64,000 nt of DNA from an uncultured Nitrososphaerota archaeon (lineage in GTDB: Archaea > Thermoproteota > Nitrososphaeria > Nitrososphaerales > CADDZS01). The notes beneath the pieces were generated by a model. It was not told the DNA's origin. It searched no databases and saw nothing but the letters and a program-made list of their open reading frames with translations. Numbering within the stretch: the stretch's first letter is position 1; every line of letters starts with the position of its first letter. The stretch lies in the NCBI GenBank assembly GCA_963799845.1, contig CAWCYI010000004.1:1312001-1376000 (forward strand), given 5' to 3'. A program made the translations under genes and the position numbers. Of the stretch, positions 21,166 to 30,496 are shown in pieces.

Positions 21166-22035
21166 TTGGTTCACAGGATAGTCCCGGTAATCACTCCATT
21201 TAGGGCAAATAGAGTTGATATTGAGAAGCTCAAGCACCACGCTCGCGCACTCTTGGATGATGGGATGGATTTCTTGTTCATCGCCGGAACGACTGGCCTT
21301 GGACCCTCTTTGACCTCGGATGAAAAACTGCAGATGGTTGACGAGCTTCAAGAATTCTCATCAAAGTTGATTCTACAGGCAAGTTCGCTGGATCTTGCGG
21401 AGAGCGTGAAGCTAGCGGAGCATGCAAAGCGTTTGCATCTTCACGCGATCGCCTCCTACCCGCCGTACTTCTATCCAAGAATGCAGGATGATTGGGTTGT
21501 AAAGTACTTCCTTACGCTCTCCAAGATTTACCCGTTGCTCGCATACAATTATCCGCTCGCGACCGGGTACGAAATCGCGCCCGGAATTATCAAGAGGGTT
21601 ATTCAGGGCGGGGGCAACGTGATTGGTGTCAAAGATACTCTTCCAGAGCTTGCGCACATGCTCTCGTTCAAGTACCAGCTCGGAAATGATTTCCTCGTGT
21701 ACTCCGGTCCGGATACCGTCGTCACGTCGGCGGTAAGATCCGGATTGGACGGTTCAGTTGCGGGCAGCGCCAATTATGTCCCCGAGCTTCTCATAAAAGC
21801 CACCGACGTTGATTCGCCTTTGTCCGATGCTCTGAAGGCGCAAAAAACCATTACATCTCTCGCCGGCCTATCGAGGAAGTATGGCCAGTGGTCTGCAAAC
21901 TATAACCTCGTCAAGATAATCCGGGGATACGATGTTGGAGTCCCGCGAGAGCCGATCTATGCTCTTGGAAACGATGTGGAAGAAAAACTCGCGGCGGAGG
22001 CTCGCGCGGCGTATCCACTAATGAAATCGAAGTAG
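21166..22035 (+). CDS. Archaeal KD(P)G-type 2-keto-3-deoxy sugar acid aldolase (DHDPS/NAL superfamily)
   Basis: GTTGLGPSL, ASYPPYFYPR, YNYPLATG, GVKDT, VYSGPD, GLDGSVAGSANY resemble Sulfolobus/Thermoproteus KDG aldolase. Confidence 0.85.
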   Translation: MVHRIVPVITPFRANRVDIEKLKHHARALLDDGMDFLFIAGTTGLGPSLTSDEKLQMVDELQEFSSKLILQASSLDLAESVKLAEHAKRLHLHAIASYPPYFYPRMQDDWVVKYFLTLSKIYPLLAYNYPLATGYEIAPGIIKRVIQGGGNVIGVKDTLPELAHMLSFKYQLGNDFLVYSGPDTVVTSAVRSGLDGSVAGSANYVPELLIKATDVDSPLSDALKAQKTITSLAGLSRKYGQWSANYNLVKIIRGYDVGVPREPIYALGNDVEEKLAAEARAAYPLMKSK

Positions 22036-23134
22036 CTTCGAATCGGACGATTCCGGAATCGGTTCAACGGGCGCGATTCCCAGGCCCGGTCCGTCTACCT
22101 GTATTGACTGCTTGTCCAATTTCCCCTTGAATTCGAAATACTTTGCCGGGATTTCGTTGGGCGGGCTTTCGATTATTGCCGATCGGTCAAACGACGAAGC
22201 GACCTGCGCTCCGGCAACCAGACCGACCCATCCGTTGTGGGGCCGATTATGAAGAGCTACTCTTGAGCCATGAGACATGACTGCCTCGACAATTTCGCTT
22301 AGAGTCTGTTATGCCGCCGCACTTCGCCACGTCAGGCTGATAAAAAGTGAGAGAGTCAGTCTCGAGCAGTCTGCGATATTCGTGGATGCTGAAAAAGTTC
22401 TCACCGGCTGCCACAGGTCCAATTCGATTCAATTTTCGCAGCGACTCGAAATCATCGGGAGGCCAGACGGGCTCTTCTATCCACTTTAATTCAAATGGTC
22501 CGACCCGTCGCATAAATTCCTCTGCGGCGGAGTAACTAAATCCACAGTTCAGATCAACCATCAGTTCAAAATTTTTTCCAAAAGACTGTCTCAGAATTCT
22601 TACTCCGTCAAGTGTATCTTCTGCCGACTGATGAATTTTGATTGATTTGTATCCCTGCTCAATCAGATTTCCAACAGCGTCCCTGAGCTTTTTATTGTCC
22701 GAATATCTCGACAGGGAAACATATCGAGCTAATTTAGGCGGTGAGGTTGACTTTCCTCCCAACAACCTGAACAGCGACGAATAATGTTTTTTCCCTCGAA
22801 TATCCCAGAGAGCGATGTCAATTCCGGACATCGCGCCCGTCGTTATGCCATAGCCTCCGGTGAAACTCATCCTGCGCATCGTTTTCCAAAGTTTTTTGAT
22901 CCCGGCTTCGTTCTCTCCAGTGATTCCCTCGGCAAATCTCTGAATCATTGCTATGTACGGTTCCCTCGTATTGCCTGCCGCAGGAAGCACTTCGCCCCAG
23001 CCAACTACCCCACTCGCAGTCAGCCTCACAAACAACTGGTTGCTCCATTCGGCAATCCAGAGCTGCGGCGGTACAGTCTCAGAAAGCGGAATTGAACCCC
23101 TCCTGATCTGGATTTCTTCAATCATCGTGGGCAC
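22018..23134 (-). CDS. Mandelate racemase/enolase-superfamily sugar-acid dehydratase, frameshift near 22303
   Basis: GWGE, SGIDIALWDIRGK, MVDLN, WIEEP, AAGEN, QPDVAKCGGIT; second frame continues to GPGLGI. Confidence 0.85.
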
Positions 23135-23221
23135 ACGACGATTTTTCGTGAATCATATTCAAACTTTCGGACCAAGTACTAATGAAAATTTAAATCCGAA
23201 CCATAGAAAAGATGCAAAAAT

Positions 23222-23506
23222 ATGATGACCAAAGCGCTGATTCACGCTCACCCTGATTTTGTTGCAGTTGCAACTGACGATATAGCAAAAGGTGAAGAGA
23301 TCGTTGCTGTTTATATGGATGACAACAAGCAAACTTCTGTCCGAAGTAAGGAGGACATCGCTCTGGGACACAAGATTGCTCTAAGAAATATTGGAAAAGG
23401 CGAGAAGGTTATCGAGTACGGAGATGTCATCGGTGCTGCGATGAAGGACATCGCAACCGGGGAGCACGTGCACGTTCACAACTTGAAGTCGCTGAGATGG
23501 CAGTAG
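23222..23506 (+). CDS. suyA: SAF-domain small subunit of sulfolactate sulfo-lyase (SuyA-like)
   Basis: DFVAVA, IALGHKIAL, VIEYG..IG, GEHVHVHNLKSLRW; overlaps the start of suyB. Confidence 0.72.
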   Translation: MMTKALIHAHPDFVAVATDDIAKGEEIVAVYMDDNKQTSVRSKEDIALGHKIALRNIGKGEKVIEYGDVIGAAMKDIATGEHVHVHNLKSLRWQ

Positions 23507-24669
23507 GTGCAGAGCAATTGACAACCTTCATGGGATTTGAAAGAGAAAACGGCAGGGTCGGAACCAGAAATCACGTCCTGATCATTCCTCTTGATGACCT
23601 GTCCAACTCGTCGGCGGTCGCGGTCGAGAAGGAGATTTGGGGAACTCGGGCGATCCCCCATCCTTACGGTCGACTGCAGTTTGGAGCTGATCTCGATCTG
23701 ATGTTCAAAACGCTCTCCGGATTTGGGAAGAATCCAAACGTCGCGAGCGCAATCGTCATCGGGATTGAACCGAACTGGACGCAGAAGATCGCGGACGACA
23801 TCGCGAAGACTGGAAAAAACGTCGAAGCTCTTTCCATCGAGGAGAACGGGGATCTCAAGACAATTGAAAGGGCTTCGAGGTTCGCAAAGAAGATGGTAGT
23901 CGATGCCTCTGAGAAACAACGGAAAGAATTTGATGTGTCAAACCTCGTGGTCAGCACAAAATGCGGAGAGTCTGACACAACATCTGGTTTAGCATCAAAC
24001 CCGACCGTCGGTGTTCTTTATGACCGACTCGTCGATGAAGGTGCAACCCTCTTGATCGGAGAGACTTCAGAACTAACCGGCGCTGAACAGTATTTCGCCC
24101 AAAAGATGGTGACCCCCGAGCTCAAGCGAAAGTTCCTCAAAATGTTTGATGACTATACCAAGGAGTTGACGAGCAAGGGGGCTGATCTGTTCGGCTCGCA
24201 GCCAACGCAGGGCAACATCAAAGGAGGACTGAGTACCATCGAAGAAAAGGCACTAGGAAACATCCAGAAAGCCGGAAAGAGCCCGATGGTGGATGTCCTG
24301 GAGTACGCGGAAGAACCCACGAAAAAGGGGCTGAGCTTCATGAACTCTTCCTCAGCGGCTGCGGAATGCGTCACGCTGTTTGCTGCGGCCGGAGCAGTGG
24401 TGCACGTTTTTCCCACCGGGCAGGGTAACGTTATAGGAAATCCCATCGAGCCGGTCATCAAAATCTCCGCGAATCCGAAAACAGTCAGGACGATGTCAGA
24501 ACACATAGATCTCGACGTGTCCGGCTTGTTGCGACACGAGATCAATCTGAAGGAAGCTGGAGATCGCCTGTACAAACTTCTGATCAAGACTGCCTCCGGA
24601 AGAATGTGCGCGAACGAGGTTTTAGGACACTTTGAATTCGCTCCGACGAAACTGTACATTTCAGCGTAA
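23497..24669 (+). CDS. suyB: UxaA-family large subunit, SuyB-like (2R)-sulfolactate sulfo-lyase
   Basis: RENGRVG.RNHVLI.P.DD.SN, IPH.YGRLQFG.DLDL, STKCGESDTT, SSSAAAECVTL, FPTGQGNV.GNPI.PVIKIS.NP.T.RTMSEHID, C-terminal TKLYISA. Confidence 0.78.
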   Translation: MAVGAEQLTTFMGFERENGRVGTRNHVLIIPLDDLSNSSAVAVEKEIWGTRAIPHPYGRLQFGADLDLMFKTLSGFGKNPNVASAIVIGIEPNWTQKIADDIAKTGKNVEALSIEENGDLKTIERASRFAKKMVVDASEKQRKEFDVSNLVVSTKCGESDTTSGLASNPTVGVLYDRLVDEGATLLIGETSELTGAEQYFAQKMVTPELKRKFLKMFDDYTKELTSKGADLFGSQPTQGNIKGGLSTIEEKALGNIQKAGKSPMVDVLEYAEEPTKKGLSFMNSSSAAAECVTLFAAAGAVVHVFPTGQGNVIGNPIEPVIKISANPKTVRTMSEHIDLDVSGLLRHEINLKEAGDRLYKLLIKTASGRMCANEVLGHFEFAPTKLYISA

Positions 24670-24732
24670 ATATCTCCACTGCCAAGATACGTGTTTGGCC
24701 TCCAGGCCTGTCCTAATTTTTACGAGAACAGA

Positions 24733-25563
24733 TTAGGTTGAAGCTTCAACAAGTTTCTCTGGAGTGGCTGACAAAAGATCCTTCGTATACTGCTCCTTGG
24801 GATTTCCGAGGACATTGTCTTTGCTTCCATATTCCACAATCCTTCCTTTTTGCATGATCGCGACATCATCGCAGATATCAGCAGCGATAGATAGATCATG
24901 AGTGATCAGAAGGAATGACGTATTGAACTCCGTTTTCAGTCTCTGAAGAAGTTCGAGAATGGAGTTTCGATGAATGGAGTCAATCATCGTTGTCGGTTCG
25001 TCGGCCACCGCATAAACCGGATTTGTAATAAATGCCCTCGCGATCATAATCCTTTGTCTTTCCCCACCACTAAGTTCCTGCACTCTTTTGTCCAGAAAAG
25101 TCATGTCCAGTCCGATAACCTCCATCATCCGCGCTATTGGTTCCCGGAGTTCCTTTTGCTTCCAATTGAGCAGGAATCTCAATGGCCTTTCGAGCACTTC
25201 CCGAACCGACATGTACGGATCAAGCGAACTGTAAGGATCCTGATGGATGTACTGAGCCTTTACCCAGAGTTGTTTTCGATCTTTGATCTTTCCGACGTCG
25301 ATCCCGTCAACAAGGACACGACCCTTGCTCGCCGGCGTTAGCGCGACAGAGATTCTTGCCGCAGTTGTCTTGCCTGAACCACTTTGACCGACAAGTCCAA
25401 GTATCTTCCCCTTTCCGATGCTAAAAGAAATATCATCTACCGCGGTTACGATATTCTTGTTTCTGTCCCTGAAGTACTTGCTGACCGATTGGAATTCAAC
25501 GATTGTTGGTGAGCTCAAAAATTCACTCCCCTCCATAGAGAAAACAAGCAACCTTACGCCCAT
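24733..25563 (-). CDS. Opp/Dpp-type ABC transporter ATP-binding subunit (OppF-like)
   Basis: GQSGSGKT, LSGGERQR, ADEPT, ITHDL. Confidence 0.9.
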   Translation of the reverse strand: MGVRLLVFSMEGSEFLSSPTIVEFQSVSKYFRDRNKNIVTAVDDISFSIGKGKILGLVGQSGSGKTTAARISVALTPASKGRVLVDGIDVGKIKDRKQLWVKAQYIHQDPYSSLDPYMSVREVLERPLRFLLNWKQKELREPIARMMEVIGLDMTFLDKRVQELSGGERQRIMIARAFITNPVYAVADEPTTMIDSIHRNSILELLQRLKTEFNTSFLLITHDLSIAADICDDVAIMQKGRIVEYGSKDNVLGNPKEQYTKDLLSATPEKLVEAST

Positions 25564-26494
25564 CAGGAGTTACGATAGTCTCTGGAAATTTCTCGGAACA
25601 TATCTTCATGGCGTATGGACAAAACACAACATACGGACAAGACTCACTTCCAAGACTGGAAATCGATGGATCGCTTCTGTTAACCGCTTTCTCTTTCTTT
25701 CCTCCTATTCGAATCGAGCTTATCAATAATTTCGTGTATGGGTGAAGCGGATTCGCAATAACTTCTTTGGTCTTGCCCTCCTCGATTTGGCGCCCCCTGA
25801 ACATTACTACGAGCCGATCTGTCATTAAGGCGTGGACAGAGATGTCATGCGAGATGAATATGATGCTCCGGATCTTTGAATCCTTCCTCAATGACTTGAT
25901 TACTTTGAGAATAGAGGATTGTGTTATAGTATCCAAAGCGGTCGTCGGTTCGTCTGCGACTAAAATCGTCGGATTTGTGGAGATAGCCATCGCAATGGCA
26001 ACACGTTCCTTCATGCCGCCACTTAGTTGGTGGGGATAAGCATCAATTACCGAAGGATCAAGTTCCACCAGCTTTAGCGTCTCCCGAACTAATTCCTTCG
26101 CTTCATTTTTGTTAGCAGTTACTTTTTTGCTCTTCAAAAGATCAACAAAACTGGTGCCCACAGTAGTTACAGGGTCTAGAGTGTTCATTGAAGCTTGGAA
26201 AATCATTGATGCCTTACTCCACCTGTAAGTCCTCAGCTCAGAATCGTTCATTTCAAGCACATTCTTTTGATCTACCATAATCCGACCAGTCACAACGTTG
26301 GGTTTGGTTATCATACCCAGAATCGCCCAACCGACTGTACTTTTGCCGGCTCCACTTTCGCCCAAAAGTCCAACCGATTCACCAATTTGGAGTTCCAGTC
26401 CAAAGCTCTTGACAGCTTGAATGTTGTGATTTCTTGTTACATACTCAACGTCTAGGTTTTCGATGTCAAGACTAACGTTGGTGCTGTCTCCCAA
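25523..26494 (-). CDS. Opp/Dpp-type ABC transporter ATP-binding subunit (OppD-like)
   Basis: GESGAGKS, YPHQLSGGM, ADEPTTALD, HPYT, C-terminal Cys cluster. Confidence 0.9.
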   Translation of the reverse strand: MGDSTNVSLDIENLDVEYVTRNHNIQAVKSFGLELQIGESVGLLGESGAGKSTVGWAILGMITKPNVVTGRIMVDQKNVLEMNDSELRTYRWSKASMIFQASMNTLDPVTTVGTSFVDLLKSKKVTANKNEAKELVRETLKLVELDPSVIDAYPHQLSGGMKERVAIAMAISTNPTILVADEPTTALDTITQSSILKVIKSLRKDSKIRSIIFISHDISVHALMTDRLVVMFRGRQIEEGKTKEVIANPLHPYTKLLISSIRIGGKKEKAVNRSDPSISSLGSESCPYVVFCPYAMKICSEKFPETIVTPDGRKVACFLYGGE

Positions 26495-26557
26495 ATTCTT
26501 CCACTATTCCCTCGTCTCAGCAGACTTTTTCATGAGACATTTTTGATACGTTTCTCC

Positions 26558-27991
26558 TCACGTCACTATTTCTGATATTGCTTTTCTTTTGGCAAATGAA
26601 GCGGGGAAGATAGCTAGGCCATTAATGATGGCAAGAACTACCGCAACAATTTGAAACCCAATGATAAATTCCTGTTTAGCAGCAAATGTTTGCACCTGAG
26701 TCGTATTGCCTAACACTAGAAGGCTGAGTGTTTTAAACGGAATAGCTAATGTCATCAGGAGGATGGCGAAACCAAAACTCAGGGTATCTCCAATATTTGA
26801 AAGCGTAATTCTAAATGCCGACGCTATTCCTCTGCGATTTGCCGGGACCGAACCCATAACTGAGCTAATATTTGGTGGGATCCATAATCCTTCCCCTAGA
26901 CCAAAGGTTACTAGTGCAATAAGCAAGATTGGGATGGTCTTGATTGAGTTAATAAATACAAACATGAAAAAACCTACGCTGCAAATAGCGAGACCAATAA
27001 TCGCGAATTTTCTCGATCCGAATCTGTCTGATAGTCTTCCGCTCAAAGGCGCAACAACCAGCACGGTAAGATCAAGAGCTAGAAATTGTAATCCTGTCTC
27101 AAGAGGCGTATAACCCATTACAACTTGCAAATAGAAAGAGGCCATAATCACTATTCCAGATGAAGCGATTGCGTTGATCAGTTGAGCAATCGATCCTCCA
27201 GCAAATTGCTTAATCTTGAAAAGACTGGGATCAAGCAAAGGAGCAATTTTTCTATCTTTTAGTTCAAGTAGAACAAATTGTATCAGGAGTCCTGATCCAA
27301 CGGCCAGCAATGTGAACCCCCATAAGTAACCAGAAAGACCGTAACTGAGTAATGTAATTGAAAGTAAAACCAAACTTAGTCCAGCGGTAAACAAGACGAA
27401 TCCAATCCAATCCATTTCCCTCTTTTCGATCTTGCCGGAAATATCCTTCAGTCTCTTGTAAGCCCATACTGTACCGAATATCCCTATCGGGATGTTGATG
27501 TAGAATAATGCTCTCCAACTTGTGATGGCAAGTATTACTCCAGATAACGTTAATCCGGCCATAGATCCGATCCTATAAGCAATACTGTTTATACCAAGGA
27601 ATTTCCCTAACTCATTTCTTGGTACGGCGTCAGTGATTATTGCAGCACTGTTAGAAAGAATCATGGAAGCGCCGATGCCCTGTACAATCCGCGCGGCTAT
27701 TAGCTCAAGACCTGTAAATGAAAAGGTTGCAAGCGCAGATCCAATGGTGAACACAAGAAAGCCGTAATTGTATATCCTCACCCTTCCAACCACATCAGCG
27801 GTCCTTCCAATGAACAGTAAACCAATAGTACTTGCGAGAAGATATGCCTGGCTGACCCAAATAATCTGATCTACATTGGCGCCCAGCTGTTTCGCAATAC
27901 TTGGAAGACCGACAAGAACGATTCTCGCATCTACGCCGGCCATGAGGGCGCCCACTGTGGTTACACTTAGGGCGACCCATTTGTATTGCAA
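26558..27991 (-). CDS. MFS transporter (DHA2/EmrB-like, 14 TM)
   Basis: GRTADVVGR, ARIVQGIG, WRALFYINIPIG, GRLSDRFG. Confidence 0.9.
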   Translation of the reverse strand: MQYKWVALSVTTVGALMAGVDARIVLVGLPSIAKQLGANVDQIIWVSQAYLLASTIGLLFIGRTADVVGRVRIYNYGFLVFTIGSALATFSFTGLELIAARIVQGIGASMILSNSAAIITDAVPRNELGKFLGINSIAYRIGSMAGLTLSGVILAITSWRALFYINIPIGIFGTVWAYKRLKDISGKIEKREMDWIGFVLFTAGLSLVLLSITLLSYGLSGYLWGFTLLAVGSGLLIQFVLLELKDRKIAPLLDPSLFKIKQFAGGSIAQLINAIASSGIVIMASFYLQVVMGYTPLETGLQFLALDLTVLVVAPLSGRLSDRFGSRKFAIIGLAICSVGFFMFVFINSIKTIPILLIALVTFGLGEGLWIPPNISSVMGSVPANRRGIASAFRITLSNIGDTLSFGFAILLMTLAIPFKTLSLLVLGNTTQVQTFAAKQEFIIGFQIVAVVLAIINGLAIFPASFAKRKAISEIVT

Positions 27992-28532
27992 TTGATCTCC
28001 TTGATTTCTGGAGAAAAGTAATAAACTGAGATGTCTATGTAACCATCAGAATTCAGGTTGTAATTTCTGTTAAGATCTTGCTGCTTTCGAAAGATTTGTA
28101 TCCGTACATCAGATTAGTCCATGAGGACTAAATTCTTCGTTCGTTTGATTTTGGAGAGACAAGACTGGTTCGCATTTCAGCTTATCAATCCCTACTAGCA
28201 TGTAGCTACGATTCTTCAGCCTGCTCACACCCGAGCATTTATACAAGGTCCAACAGATCAATCCTGTTGGTAGAGTAGAGCGACAACTTCAGCGTTAAAC
28301 AGGAAGGATTCGCTTCATGGTAAGCTCGGGCACTCAACCCGCCATACAGAAATCGTAAGCTGAAATCATACGGATCAAGACCCGAGAGCCCAGGTTCACG
28401 GAGGAGAAACCTCGAGCACAGTGAACGGAGAACCCATTTGGCAACCAAGAAACATCGTAAGGATTGCATAACGGAAGTTCTGTAGATTCACAGAAGAGTT
28501 TTATTATCTGAGCCCATTCCTCGTAATTTCAT

Positions 28533-29561
28533 TTGCAGGCTCCAAGATCGTCAATTTCTCGCTTTCTAGATAGATACACTCGTGGTTATCTTATACGAAG
28601 ACTTGGCAATCTTGCAATAATTTTCTTCATAACAGTAACGATCAACTTTGTCCTGCCAAGATTGGAGCCGGGGAATTTCGCACAGACTTACATCGCGCAG
28701 CTGGTGGCGGACGCCCATGATGTCAGCCCAGCCACTCAACACATTCTAGTCCAGCACATGACGAGTGTTTTCGGTCTGAATGAACCCGAATACGTACAAT
28801 ATGTGAAATATCTAGAGGCGCTGTTTTCATTTCCTCCCAATTTTGGCTTTTCGTTCGAGTTTTATCCTACATCTGCTTGGCAAATAATTTCAATCGCATT
28901 ACCCTGGACTCTCCTCCTGGTTGGCTCTTCCCAGATCATAGCTTGGGTTATAGGAATCTTCTTGGGAGTGAGTATGGCTCTGCGGAAGGGAAGTATATTT
29001 GACAGATTGATGCAACCTCTAAACATCTCGTTGCTGACCGTTCCTGCGTTCTGGCTCGCAACGGTCTTCATCGTGGTCTTTGCAATAGATCTAAGGGTGT
29101 TGCCTGCCGCTACGGCTTATACAATTACCCCGACTGTTCCAAGCGTTCTCGTGCACATGATCCTACCTCTTTCAGTGCTCGTGATCACAACGCTTCCCTC
29201 CCACGTTATCGTGATACGTAGCGCGGCATTGGAGGTTCTCCAAAGCGACTTTGTGACCGCAATGAGGGCACAGGGGCTGGGAGGAGGACTGCTCCTCAAA
29301 CGCGTAATGAAGAACTCGATGCTCCCTTCTCTCACCGCATTCTTCCTCACTTTAGGCAATGTGATTGGGGGGGTCTTTGTAGTGGAGTATACATTTTCCT
29401 ACCCTGGACTCGGTAGTGTATTTGCAGACGCTATCTTTGCGAGAGACTATCCTGTTTTGCAAGCGGGCCTCTTCATGACAGTGGTGGTTGTGTTGCTTGC
29501 CAATCTCGCTGCCGACTTGATGTATCCCATCATCGATCCGAGAGTATCGTACACCAGGTGA
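28533..29561 (+). CDS. Opp/Dpp-type ABC permease (OppB-like)
   Basis: NFVLPRL.PG, LPWTLLL, DFVTAMRAQGL, FSYPGLG, RDYPVLQ, IIDPRV. Confidence 0.9.
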   Translation: MQAPRSSISRFLDRYTRGYLIRRLGNLAIIFFITVTINFVLPRLEPGNFAQTYIAQLVADAHDVSPATQHILVQHMTSVFGLNEPEYVQYVKYLEALFSFPPNFGFSFEFYPTSAWQIISIALPWTLLLVGSSQIIAWVIGIFLGVSMALRKGSIFDRLMQPLNISLLTVPAFWLATVFIVVFAIDLRVLPAATAYTITPTVPSVLVHMILPLSVLVITTLPSHVIVIRSAALEVLQSDFVTAMRAQGLGGGLLLKRVMKNSMLPSLTAFFLTLGNVIGGVFVVEYTFSYPGLGSVFADAIFARDYPVLQAGLFMTVVVVLLANLAADLMYPIIDPRVSYTR

Positions 29562-30403
29562 TTCGCCAAGAGTTGAACCTTCGAGATTCAGGTTTCATAA
29601 GGGTAGTAAGGGAACGACTTTACGTGAAAGTGGGTCTAATCATTATCTCATTCTTCGTTGGGCTTGCGATCCTGAGTTTCGTTTACTTATTGTACAATCC
29701 TTTAGCAACAACCGGACCAAATTTCGCTCCCCCCTCGTTTGCTCATCCCTTTGGAACCACAGTAATCGGACAGGACGTTTTCAGCCAGTGGATTTATGGG
29801 AGCAGGGCTACCCTGTTCGTAGGCTTTTTGACCGCAGTGCTCACAACAATCATCGGGACGACGACAGGAGTTGCATCCGGTTTTATCCGGAACCTCGATG
29901 AACCCTTGATGCGAATTGCCGATGTGGTACTAACACTGCCAACCCTGCCCCTACTCATTGTGATCTCTTCCTTCTTCAAACCGAGCCTCGTAATCGTCGC
30001 GGTGCTCATCTCGTTATTGGCGTGGCCCGCGATGGCGCGGGTGCTGCGATCAAGTGTCTTCTCGCTGCGCGAACTATCATATGTAGAGGTCGCTTTGTTA
30101 AGCGGGGTTCCTAGGGTGCGGATAATGTTTTCCGACCTTCTGCGACATCTCATCCCTCTAATAATTGCATACTCGCTGTTCGCGGTAATTGGGGCAATCC
30201 TAGCAGAAGCCGCTCTTGATTTTATAGGTGTGGGTCCGATCAACTCTTACAGTTGGGGAGCGATGCTCGCGCTGGCGCAGGATAGTTCAGCAGAGCTTTA
30301 CAATGCTTGGTGGTGGGTAGTTGTGCCAGGGTTAAGCATAGCTATTCTTGGAACAGGGTTTGCCTTCATAGCGTACGGTCTGGAAGATTATTACAAACGT
30401 TAG
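29558..30403 (+). CDS. Opp/Dpp-type ABC permease (OppC-like)
   Basis: PPSFAHPFGT..GQD, AEAALDFIG, SWGAML, WWWVVVPG. Confidence 0.9.
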   Translation: MIRQELNLRDSGFIRVVRERLYVKVGLIIISFFVGLAILSFVYLLYNPLATTGPNFAPPSFAHPFGTTVIGQDVFSQWIYGSRATLFVGFLTAVLTTIIGTTTGVASGFIRNLDEPLMRIADVVLTLPTLPLLIVISSFFKPSLVIVAVLISLLAWPAMARVLRSSVFSLRELSYVEVALLSGVPRVRIMFSDLLRHLIPLIIAYSLFAVIGAILAEAALDFIGVGPINSYSWGAMLALAQDSSAELYNAWWWVVVPGLSIAILGTGFAFIAYGLEDYYKR

Positions 30404-30496
30404 TTGTCAAAGGGCAGAAGCCCCAAAAGGGTCGAGCTCGGCACCTGTCACTTTCATAAAAAGTTTATATTAGGAAATTCGTCTTGTGGCTTTAGT

